Assembly (NCBI GenBank): GCA_002269645.1
Contig: NIVC01001524.1
Location: 1-64,000 of the forward strand
Origin: Macrostomum lignano
Taxonomy: Eukaryota
DNA: 64,000 nt
Reading direction: 5' to 3'
The notes under the pieces: model-generated
Databases searched by the model: none
Told to the model about the DNA's origin: nothing
Seen by the model: the letters and a program-made list of their open reading frames with translations, nothing else
Translations under genes and position numbers: made by a program
In this document: positions 38,650 to 51,334 of the stretch, one piece after another
Numbering within the stretch: position 1 is the first letter of the stretch
How the letters are laid out: each line of letters begins with the position of its first letter

Positions 38650-39770
38650 ATATTTTGGCGCTATTTAGCTTCATATTTTGGCGCTATTTAGCTTCATATT
38701 TTGGCGCTATTTAGCTTCATATTTTGGCGCTATTTAACTTTATGATTTGGCGCGATTAAGCTTTTAGGCTTTAAGCGCCATTTAGATCTATTTTTGGCGT
38801 TATTTAAATCTTATAGCGCCTTTCAGATCTCTTTTTAGCGCCACTTTGATCTCCATTTTAGCGCTGTTTAGATCTCTTTTTTAGCGCCATTTAGATCTCT
38901 TTTTAGCGCTATTTAGATCTATATTTTAGCGCCATTTAGATCTATACTTTAGCGCTATTTAGATCTATATTTTAGCGCTATTTAGATCTATATTTTAGCG
39001 CCATTTAGATCTATATTTTAGCGCCATTTAGATCTATATTTTAGCGCCATTTAGATCTCTATTTTAGCGTTATTATGATCTCTTTTTAGCGCCATTTAAA
39101 TGTACATTTTAGCGCCATTTAGATCTATATTTTAGCACCATTTAGATCTCTATTTTAGCGCCATTTAGATCTCTATTTTAGCGCCATTTAGATCTCTATT
39201 TTAGCGCCATTTAGATCTCTATTTTAACGCTGTTTAAATGTATATTTTAGCGCTATTTAGATTTATATTTTAGCGCCATTTAGATCTCTATTTTAGCGCC
39301 ATTTAGATCTATATTTTAGCTCCATTTAGATATCTTTTTAGCGCCATTTAGATCTCTATTTTAGCGCTATTTAGATTTCTATTTTAGCGCCATTTAGATC
39401 TCTATTTTAGCGCCATTTAGATCTATATTTTAGCTCCATTTAGATATCTTTTTAGCGCCATTTAGATCTCTATTTTAGCGCTATTTAGATTTCTATTTTA
39501 GCGCCATTTAGATCTCTATTTTAGCGCTATTTAGATTTCTATTTTAGCGCCATTTAGATCTCTATTTTAGCGCCATTTAGATCTCTATTTTAGCGCCATT
39601 TGGATATCTTTTTAGCGCCATTTAGATCTGTATTTTAGCGCCATTTAGATCTCTATTTTAGCGCCATTTAGATCTATATTTTAGCACTATTTAGATCTCT
39701 ATTTTAGCGCCATTTAGATTTCTATTTTAGCGCTATTTAGATCTCTATTTTAGCGCCATTTACTTTTATA
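38650..39770. repeat. 23-bp minisatellite (TTTTAGCGCCATTTAGATCTCTA)n
   Basis: Direct tandem repeats. Confidence 0.92.
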
Positions 39771-40461
39771 TTTAAGCGCTAAATTATGTCTTCATCCGGA
39801 TCAATTTAGTGCCAATTAATTTTCTCATTTTCGCGGCTATTCAACACAATGTCAGACTGATTTCAACAATTCGAATACAAAAATAACGCCAGACTCCAAT
39901 ACTGCATCCCTTTCCATGCGATCCAATGCGCCTTACTGAGCGCTTATTGAAGCCAGCTGAAATTAAATTTGAAGAACCCCCCCCCCTAGCCTCACGTACG
40001 CTTGCGAACAATAGCAGAGACTCAGAGAGAGAGGGGAGCGGGTATAGGGGAGAAGTTGGACCATATTATGATTATTACTATTTTCCCACTGCGCGAAAAA
40101 GTTTTACGAAGGATATAAACTTCATGGGGCATGAGGGTCTGCATCTAGCTTAGCAATTGATACTTTGTGCATAGCTGGGGCTGAAGTACTGACGGAATGG
40201 GCTTTATTCCCACTGCACGGCTGAGGGTGGCTGCGGGAGGTGGGGTCGCCTGGCCACCCTGCGCCCTGACTCCTCATGACACTTGACTTGCCCGTCTGCT
40301 CACTGCTGCGGCCTGCCATGGGAAACACTGAATTGCTAGGCAGTTGGCTTTGGAAGAGTTGGATAGGGGAGAGACAAAATACAACTGCTATATCGGACTG
40401 GTCAGTCAGGAGTGCAGTGAGGATAGATCTAGTAGTTGTGACAGAATATGCATAAATGCGT

Positions 40462-41110
<649 letters not shown>

Positions 41111-41129
41111 TTTCATTTCATAAAAATGA

Positions 41130-41800
41130 ATATTGAAATTCCTGATGTTCGCCTGCAGCAGGTGCTGAGCAACGGTAACGGTGACTTCTAGTGGTCCTTG
41201 GGCGCACTGCTGAAAAAGTGGGCGATCGCTGGGTCTGTGGTCTTCGACCACGTACTCTGGGTCATCTACCTGCGGAAAACAGCTGGAGAATAGTAGATTT
41301 AGCGAGTCTTCGGCGCTGGCAGTGTAGTTACCATCCGGATGCAGAACCGAAAGAGCGTGTCGTGCCTGAGGGACCTGACCAGCCTAATCGTGGGGTGCTG
41401 CCCCTCAAGGTTGGTGCAGTAGGCCTTCCAGATGGTCTTCTTAGCCCTTCGGATGCTACTTTTGTACGCCCAGTTCTCCGAGTCCTCTAGGGCGTTCGAG
41501 CCGTTCGCAAGGCGTTACAGCCGGCGGGTGTTTTTCTTCATGCGAATGAGCTCATAACTGCACCATGAGAAAGAGTATTTTCTTCCTATAATTCAATTTC
41601 AGGAGCGTTAGCGCGTGTGGCGGTGTTCTCGATCGATCAGGATCTCAACGAGGGAATTGTATCGCGCTGCTCGATGTTAGCGAGGTTCTCGCCAGAGTCA
41701 GGTAGATTGGCTTCGGTTAAGCACGTCTCTTCAGGTTGAGGCGACAGGGTTGCATCGGAGCGGATGGGAATATTATCCCTAACCAGTCAGTTGCGAACCG
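41130..41800 (-). mobile_element. Degenerate non-LTR retrotransposon (LINE ORF2 endonuclease-RT linker) fragment
   Basis: Broken minus-strand frames read FSWCSYELIRMKKNTRRL…[21 protein letters not shown]…[24 protein letters not shown], typical of R1/LOA/I-group ORF2. Confidence 0.6.
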
Positions 41801-43394
41801 GGTTCAATAACCTCAGTTTTTTTCTCTAGCATTCTTACAATGCATTTCAAGTCGAAAAGTCTGCTTGACCCTTGCAAAAAAACATGTTTTTAGGAAATAT
41901 TATATAATTAACTAATTATACAACTTACTCTACTTGAAGTAGTTTTGAGCCAATAGACTCCTTAGAAAGGCTTTATATGTGAGGCGTAAATTTGTTCTGA
42001 TAGAATAATGATAACTATTATTCGGAGATGGCTCTGAACAGTGACATAACAGTTCTTTTTTACCACCTTTCACACTAACCTAGCAATTCTTGCCTAAAAC
42101 CTTTTTCTGTTTTGAAAAAAATATGACTATATTTTTCTGGTCTACCATTTTAACAAAATCTAACAAGAAAAAAACAAAAAAATAGCAAAACTTAACAAAA
42201 CAATTCTACAAATCATAGGAACAAAACCCAGCCTCAAATTAAGTACATCGTAGTTTCACTTACTATGCAATAATTAGCCTTAAAATGTGACTAAATTTTA
42301 GTAGTATCTGTCACATGTATATCTCATACATATTTTCGGTAAAACTTGTCGAAAACCAATGCTGTCCGTATGAATTTCAAGTTAAGTAAAGCTGGAAAAC
42401 TTTATGGGTAATTTTCATTGTGTGTGCCGACTAAAACAGCCCCTACTGATGTGCTATCGGGCTTCATGAAAGGTTGAACTCGGCATAAGAGGTTCCTCCG
42501 TTGAGTCGTCGCCAGCTCTGCTCAACGGATCTTCAACGTCGTCATCATCTGCAAGTGGAAATCAGCGATTTCAAGTGGAAATCTCTCTTTATAAGAGAGC
42601 ACTCTAAGATCTATCAGATCGGCATATTAACGCACGTGATTGCAAACCTACCGATTTCAGATTCGGCTTGTAAATGGCAGTTGAACAAAGGAGCAGCGCG
42701 AGAAGCCCAAGCTGCATCAGCGAGCTTCGGTTTGACATCACAAGGCGGTAGTTCGATGCAAGTTTGCACAAAGTTTTGGACCTGTGTTGTGAGGAGGTAA
42801 AGTGACAAGGATTTACATGCCGATGGTGCGATATCGGTAAAATAATGTCCTGAAATGAGCAGTTTCAAAGGTACCTGGTTCTTCAAAAGCAAACGCTCAC
42901 TTAACTTCTCAAGACACGTATAATATGCTTAATTCACCTCAAGAAAAATTTCTCAAAACTCAATACACGAGCGTACTATTTTTCGAAGAATGAGAAATTT
43001 CTTTCTGGGAAGTCTTCAAATTTAAAGATTTATTTTAAAAGTTTTTAAATTAATCTTTCCTAAAAAAATTTCAGCGCATTCACAAACGCTTGAATTAGCA
43101 TTTTGATAAAAAGAAAACGAATTCTGTTTTACTCTTCTGGTTGAAGACTAAATAATATAGAAAAAAATTCGATTCCATAGGTTTTTCAATTAAAACAAAG
43201 TCCAAGTATTATATTTTTCCTTTTCTGCAAAATATCAGACGTGACGCAATTCAAAACGTAGTTTTGTTTTTACAAACAATTGGTGCTCATAAATACTTAA
43301 ATAAGTTTTAAATTATAATTACCTGCATGCACTCATGACAGACACCCTCTGAAACTCCTGTACACATGATGCTTCTTTCGTGTCCAATTTACAA

Positions 43395-43885
43395 GTGACT
43401 CATGGTTTGTGATCGGTGAGGTGCACAAGTGTCTCATGGTTGGTGATCGGTAAGAGGAACAAGTGACTCATGGTTGGTGATCAGTGAGAGGCACGAGTGA
43501 CCCATGGTTGGTGATCGGTGAGAGGCACAAGTGACTCATGGTTGGTGATCAGTGAGAGGCACGAGTGACCCATGGTTGGTGATCGGTGAGAGGCACAAGT
43601 GACTCATGGTTGGTGATCGGTGAGAGGCACAAGTGACCCATGGTTGGTGATCGGTGAGAGGCACAAGTGACTCATGGTTGGTGATCGGTGAGGTGCACAA
43701 GTGACCCATGGTTGGTGATCGGTGAGAGGCACAAGTGACTCATGGTTGGTGATCGGTGAGATGCACAAGTGACCCATGGTTGGTGATCGGTGAGAGGCAC
43801 AAGTGACTCATGGTTGGTGATCGGTGAGAGCAGAGGCACAAGTGACTCATGGCACAAGTGACTCATGGCACAAGTGACTCATGGC
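43395..43885. repeat. 34-bp minisatellite (GAGAGGCACAAGTGACTCATGGTTGGTGATCGGT)n
   Basis: About 13 tandem units. Confidence 0.92.
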
Positions 43886-44664
43886 ACAAGTGACCCTCCC
43901 CAACGAGGATTATTGCATGCATACTATAGTTTATTACTGCTATAGTTGGCTTCGAGTTTCTCGTCACACTGACTCACAAAACCTGCAAAACTTCTTGCGA
44001 ATAACAAGCTACATGAATTAGCTAGCAGCAAATTAGAATTGAGTCGGGACAGCCCATGCCTCCTTAACTACTATGTGATTTTTCGCTGTCCGAATTTTAT
44101 ATATCGTACACCTCGTACGCATCAGAGACTGAAAGACATCCCAGGCTGCCTTGGGCTGTTTTGAAGTTCTTTACCCTAGACAACAGTCGCAGCGACGCAT
44201 CCCATACAAGCTACTCATAAATTTGTCCTGACATCAGACGAATACAACAACTGTGAAAGGAAAATTCACAAGAAGAAATTGAGTTAAACAAAAATATAAC
44301 AGACTTTATAAACATGGCTTAAACAGAGCAACAAAATTTTAAAGCCCCGGTATTCAACCATTAAAATTCAGTCTGGGTACCTTCTTTGAGATTGAATAGA
44401 TTTCAATAGATAAATTGAACTATAGTCCTGACGATGTCCATAGTAGACGAAATGCAAAAAATGAAGTAAAATGAAATAAGATAAAAAATAATAGATCAGT
44501 AGTACATAGTACAATGTTGATTCTTTATTTCGTGTATTTAATTTTGATTAAGCGAGCTAATTTACCGGAATTTCATCATAAAAATCATTGACTGATTTAA
44601 CATATGTTAGTGAAAACGTGATAAAATATCGTTAAGGCTTATAGTCTGGGAAGCATTCTACACT

Positions 44665-45170
<506 letters not shown>

Positions 45171-45630
45171 ACAGAGACTTAATGTATATGTTTTAGTATA
45201 GCGATAAACAGATGTATATAGGAACTAAGGAGTGAAAAATTTCAGCTTCAGTCATTGCTACTCATAGTAGAGTAATTGACAACCCAAAACATAAAAAACA
45301 GTCAGCCGATCAACAAGATTTACTGCGGCCGGAGTGATTGTTTTGCACATTCATTACGTCATCTTTGTACGTCATTTCAGTGACTATGCTTTTGTCAATA
45401 GATGCTGTGTACATTGCTCGCCCACTGAATCGGATACAGCTGCACATCTTTGATGTACACCTCTAACCTTTTTGAAAAACCCGTGCGATTTCTATCAGTA
45501 AGAAGCCGCACATACAAAGTGGTCTCAAATATCAAAAGCATCGAGCAGAAGTAAGTTTTAAATCTCTCCTAATCAAACCCAGCAGAGACAAAGTGAATCG
45601 TCACGTGCTAGTGTAGTAAATTTTCTCTGA

Positions 45631-46860
45631 ATGACAGATAAGTACTTTCCTATTGGTCCCATACTCAGCAGTCAGTTATGCTTTACCAATCACGTAGAAA
45701 GTGCATCGTCTGCGCGGCAGCAACAGTCTGCACCGAAAGCAGTAAATGAAGGCAACAGCGAAGCCTTCACCAGCAGTCTGTGGTCAAGCCAGCCCCTAAT
45801 CAATCACAGTCTCTGGTCGAAAGCAACGCCTCCAGCGAGAGCGAAAGACCGTACAGAGGAAGGCACTAACGGCTCGAGCAGAGCAAAAGCATCCCGAGTA
45901 GCAACAAGAAATTGGCCCAGCAAAGCAGCAAACGCAGCTAGCAAACAATCAGAGAACAGCTCAGCAAGCCCATCCAGCATGGAGTCTTCCACGCGCACTG
46001 AAGTTGACCAGCAACAGCCGCTTGCTTTGTCTCCGCTGGAGTCCAAGTCGGAGCAGCTCGCCCGTCGTCGGTTCGCCGACAGCCTCCGACGTCTGGTGAA
46101 CAGCGCCGGCGGCGCGTCGAACTTTCTGAACCTCCTGCTGACGGAAAAACTCGAGCCCGGCGGCGCCTCCACCGACCAGTCGTCCATCGGACTTGGCGAT
46201 CGCCGCGAGGCCATCGAGGAGGCCAACGAAGCTTCGCCTGTCGAGGCTCTGCAGCGATGCTCAACCATCCTGAGCCGCATGCCGGAGGCTCAGCGAGCTC
46301 TGCGACAGCTGTACAGTCAGGCTGCCGCAGATTGCATCGCCCTGTCTGCCAGCGCGCCTTCGCTGCAGGTTGAAGCGGATCACGTAGTCTGGCTGCAGTT
46401 CCGTCGAGTGCTCGAGTCCAACGCCACCGTCAATTTAGGCGTCCGCAACTTCGTTTCCAGCGTCCGCTCTGGCGAGTGCGTCCTGTTCCACCGGGACACG
46501 GACGAGGACACGATCGTGGAGAGCCTCTTCCCGGACTACAAGTACCTCATCGTGAGCCGAGGCGCCGAGCAGACCGCCTTGATGCTGCCCGAGCTATTCG
46601 AAGTCCGGAGCAAAACTTCGGAGCGAATCAACCATTTCCACAAGACTGCCGGCAGTGACGACTGCAAGGTGGTAGAAGTTGACGCACCGAAAGTCGAAGT
46701 GCGCAAGGAACTCCGCGACTTGGAGGCTCGCAAGCTGCACATCGTCACTAAGGACCTGATCGACGAACTGTACGAGTTCTACCGTCAGGAGATGTTGAGC
46801 GGAGTTCGCGCCACCACCGGGACAGCTCACGTGCCCAACTATGACGATAGTCAAGAATAA
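45631..46860 (+). CDS. Hypothetical protein (409 aa; the true start may be the ATG near 45979)
   Basis: Non-repetitive GC-rich ORF whose 3' two-thirds has coding-like codon usage. An AATAAA overlaps the stop. No family recognised. Confidence 0.65.
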   Translation: MTDKYFPIGPILSSQLCFTNHVESASSARQQQSAPKAVNEGNSEAFTSSLWSSQPLINHSLWSKATPPARAKDRTEEGTNGSSRAKASRVATRNWPSKAANAASKQSENSSASPSSMESSTRTEVDQQQPLALSPLESKSEQLARRRFADSLRRLVNSAGGASNFLNLLLTEKLEPGGASTDQSSIGLGDRREAIEEANEASPVEALQRCSTILSRMPEAQRALRQLYSQAAADCIALSASAPSLQVEADHVVWLQFRRVLESNATVNLGVRNFVSSVRSGECVLFHRDTDEDTIVESLFPDYKYLIVSRGAEQTALMLPELFEVRSKTSERINHFHKTAGSDDCKVVEVDAPKVEVRKELRDLEARKLHIVTKDLIDELYEFYRQEMLSGVRATTGTAHVPNYDDSQE

Positions 46861-49359
46861 ATGCGACCAAAAAGCTTGTAAATCTGCGCTGGGGTTTTAA
46901 AAAGACCAAACTTTTTATTTTACATTCCCAGCCTGTCGGAGATTTAAATCAGATTCCATGCATTATCTGCGTCAATCCACAAGCTTCGCTACCCGCCTTC
47001 TCCTGCAGGGGTTTGCCGAGCTGTCTTTCGCTTTCGTTGTTGTCCTTTTTTCTCTCAATTAATTTTAATACACCGACAGTACACACAGACCGGCCAAGTG
47101 TCTCTAATTTAATAACTAACGGCGACACTCAACTGCGTGTGTGCAAGCAACAGGGAGATGGTGCTTCACTTTTATTGTGACTTTTTTCTTTATTGTTGCG
47201 GTAGCGAAGTGTTCAATGTTGAAGTTTTAATTTGTAGGATAAGATTTAGAATAACCATAAGCATATTGTACTACTGTGAAACAACAATGTAACAGGTCGT
47301 TTATCGGTAGTCTCTGAAGGCCTCTCACGCCAACTACCTTACACGCCTGCTACCACCCTGCCACGACAGACAGAAGCTTCGAAGAACTGAGACAAGTCCT
47401 TTTCTTAGGTTTGAGCTCAAACTTTACTAAACTCGGCAGTGGAGAGCCTGGGCTCTTCCAGTTGCATTTTGTATTTATAACGCTCGGCATTGTGCTCGGG
47501 GGCAGTGTTGGGGTGGTGGCGTGATATTTTTCCGCCCCACCCATCTATCTGCTTTTTTGCGTACTCGTCGTTAGCTAGTTAGATATATTAACACAGAGAG
47601 GGCACGCATGGTCTGCGTGGCTGTTTTAGTGCAGGCAAGTGGGTGGGTCTAACATTAAATATCTATGATAAGTTTGTCGTATGAAATATGGTCTCTCAAC
47701 TGAGGAGCTATATGTTAAAACTGAAACACGTCTCGTACGAGATTTGTTAATTCACAAAAATATTGAGTTGCTTTTGAACCGGAATAAATCAGTTCTTTCA
47801 ACTGTTTCAAGGTGTAGAACTGCTGCCATTTGGATGTTGTACAATATGAGAATATTCCGCACCGTTATCGAATACTGTCGATCTGTAAACTTACGTGCTA
47901 AAAATATACACATTTGTTACGCTGCTATACATGTAGGTGTTATGTGGCGTAAGCCCCAGAATTTACCATAGACTACGGAAAATTCGAGGCCAAATTTTAT
48001 TGATTGAGCCTGCAAAATCGAAGGCAAACAAATCGATGTCAACGTTTTTTAAAAAAATTAATGCCCTTAAGGAGGGCCGTTTCTTTTATGTAGCGCTAAC
48101 TGCATGCATTTTCAATTCAGTTTTTTTCAACCTGTTTCATTTAACTGCCTTAGCTTTCTTATAATAAAAAACGATTGCAGACTTGCGAGGCATTCATACA
48201 AAGTAAAAAAGAAAAGCTGAAATCAGAAAAGGGAGCCACTACAGAAAGACAGAGAAAAACAATTAAGCGCGGGACACAAGCCCCCCCCCAAAAAAAAATG
48301 AAGCTCAAGACGACTGATACGAGCGCATTTCGGCAAACGTTCTACACTGCAACGTGCCGTCTTAGCTTCAGAAAATCTCGTTTTATGCTTGAAGAATAGA
48401 AGTATGCTACTCTTAAATTTATTCTATTCAACGTTTAGAATAAAAACGTTTTAACTCAATTGCACCTCTCTTTGAGGTTCGTTACTTAGGCTCGGGTTGG
48501 CGGTCTGGGCTCAAAGCTAAAATAGTTAAAATATGTGTGCCGATTTCTCAGACTGAAGGCTATTGTCTGTAGTCTGCACCGTTTCTTTTCTAGACGTTGT
48601 ATCAAGAGTCTGTTGCATTGCATTTTATCGCACAATTGTTAAGAGCCAGCGGGCCATCTTAGCAATCCTTTCAACGTGGCTACTAGAAAAACAAAAAACA
48701 AAATTTGATGCTATACTTGAAACGCAAGTTTACTTGCTTACTTAGGAGTCTGCTGATGCAAAGTTTTTTCGTATCTATGTGTGTTCTTAAGCACCTGTCC
48801 CCCTTATTTCATCTCCTGTCCCATTATTTCAGCCCTGCCCCCCCCCCTATACCAGGTTTTATTTTCCTGCTTATCTTCTGCTCACATGACAGAAAGACTT
48901 TCAAACACTCTGGCCTCCAAAGGCCTTATTATGAGTGCGAGGCTCACATCTGAGAAATAGCCGTACAAGGGTCGTGCGTTTTAAATTCAACGAGACCGCA
49001 TAGACACAATGCAGAGCAGTTGAAAAAGTTTGAGTGGGGCAGGGTTAGCGCTCACGCCGTTTCTCTCGGTGTGGTTGCTAGGCAACCATCAACACCCCCA
49101 AGGCATTTGCTGCGAGCCCTCTGTGCCACGCGCTCGCAGGCTGTCGGCCCGGCCCTCAAAACTCAGCTTTGCCATTGTTTCCTGGGCCTTGAGACCGGCC
49201 TGGCTTGGCAGGGCAACCCTGTGGTCATGACGAGCAGAGGTCGCCGTTTTTCTGCTGCGCTCTATAGGCACTTTTCCAGTGCTTACACCTACTTTTCAGC
49301 GCCTGTCCCCCCTATTTCAGCACCTGTCCCCCTATTTAAACACCTGTCCCCCCTATTTA

Positions 49360-49719
49360 TTTTTTTTTATTAGAGGCAGGGGGGTTGTGTGCACCCTGGC
49401 GCACTTTAAGCGACATAGGCACACAACCGGCGAGAGGCATTACTGCCCATTCCGCCGACTTCCCTGAGCAGGCATACAAGCGCGCGGATACGTTACGCAG
49501 GCACACACTCACACAGGAGTGTACAGCGGCCCTAACTTTATCAATTGTTAGGCATGTACACTTCACTGCGCCTTGGGGGGTTGGCTCTCAAGGCCGTTAA
49601 TTGCACAAGCGAGCCAAGCCGAAATTCCAATTCAGCCCCAAATTAATGTGGCTGCACTTGGAATCGAGCCTGGGTCGCGGCACACCAGAGCAGCTGCGCT
49701 ACCGCTGGGCTACGGCCCC
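49360..49719 (-). mobile_element. Full-length tRNA-derived SINE (about 360 bp) inserted in a 22-bp minisatellite
   Basis: 5' GGGGCCGTAGCCCAGCGGTAG (A-box) and GGCTCGATTCC (B-box), then a unique body ending in an AATAAAAAAAA tail. Flanked on both sides by CCCCTATTT(C/A)AGCACCTGT units. Confidence 0.75.
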
Positions 49720-49721
49720 CC

Positions 49722-49912
49722 TTCCCCCCTATTTAAGCACCTGTCCCCTTATTTCAGCACCTGTCCCCCTATTTCAGCACCTGTCCCCCTATTTCAGCAC
49801 CTGTCCCCCTATTTCAGCACCTGTCCCCCTATTTCAGCACCTGTACCCCCTATTCAAGCACCTGTCCCCCTATTTAAGCACCTGTACCCCCTATTTAAGC
49901 ACCTGTCCCCCA
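49722..49912. repeat. 22-bp minisatellite (CCCCCTATTTCAGCACCTGTCC-like); also at about 48790-48850 and 49290-49358
   Basis: Direct tandem repeats. Confidence 0.85.
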
Positions 49913-51334
49913 ATCAAAGATGGTATATATCTCTTTATCAATCATCATAATACATGTAAGCCAGTTCACCGGGGAAACGTCCTTTAGCAATGAGCAGTAG
50001 CTTTAAAGATGTGTCTAGTATATAATCTATAATCTTACTCGTTTGCAAGCTGGTCTCAACCGCCAAGACTTGGGAACCTCACCTGTGGGCACACGTTCAA
50101 ATGAGTTCTGTATAACTATGAATACAGTGCTAGAATTGTCTATTTTATATAGCAGCCGAACTACATCGCTCTGCAGCAACAGTATACTTGCCGGTTTTGA
50201 GTCCTTAGTTGCTGTAGAATTTGTCTTTGCTATCAGCTGTCAAAACTATCTGATGAGAAGCCGCTCCTCATCGCTGAGCTCATGAAATTTTAGGAATCGA
50301 AAACTCAGAAAAGTTGGCCGGCTACAAGCGTACCCCGCATCTGCAGAAGTAACTACGCAAACAACCTATTGTAGATTGGCAGTCTCGGCTGGTGTTCTAG
50401 GTTTATTGATTTTTCAATTTTGTAGTAAGGGGTTTAAAGCACAGGCTCTAGCCGGGAGTGGGGTGGTAAGAGTGCATAATATGATGTGGACGATCTAAAA
50501 ATCAGGATGAAACATGTACGAAAGGTGTCGTCAAGCGTCGGGGCAGGTGTAGAGACGAACAAAACTAAACTAAAAAATATAAAAATCATTTAGTAGTTCA
50601 ATAGTGACAATGAGTGGTACGATAGGCGATCGTGAGTATAAGTAATAATAGAATAAGACATACAAAAAATATTACAAAACTTTTACTCTTATGACTAATT
50701 ACCTTTATCCCTACACCTATTGGCAAGTGCGACTAATCACACAAAAGCCTTGCAAGCGCATTTCAGAAAAAAAAATTATCAGCTGAGTGATGTTCATACA
50801 TATTGCGATTTTTTAAAGTCGTCGTAAAAAAGATTTTATTACGAGTATAACCAAGGTCACTAAAAAACTTACGTCGATCTCGAAGTTTCACATGCTCGCA
50901 AATGTTGCTGTAGTAAGCCAGGGTGAGCAGCTCCTCCAAGTCCGGATGCTCTACTCAGCGGAAAGCGGAGTTTTCCAAGCCTCAAATGAGATTTCATTTT
51001 TTCTTCACTAAATGTTCATGAGGAAGCTGTCAAGCTGGCAGTCGCTGCATAGCAAGATTTTTCGGCAAGTCGGCAACACGGAAAAACGTCGGCAGAACTT
51101 TATACAAAAGGCAGAGTCAATGAGCGCTTCAACTAAAAAGTACATGTGCAATGTAATGTAAAATCATAGAGCAGATAATGAAAGAAACTCAACGGAAAAA
51201 TTTGAAAAATTACGCACTCAAACGAATTCAACAAGAAAATCAAGGAAACCCAAATATAAAAGTACACATGCAGTTATTTGGTCCGAAATTTAAGTCCAGC
51301 AAAACTCAAAAACCTTACCAACAAAGTACTCAAG

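Noticed and set aside
49648-49719. Functional tRNA gene
   Set aside because: A and B boxes are present, but the acceptor, anticodon and T stems pair poorly. It is the head of a SINE.
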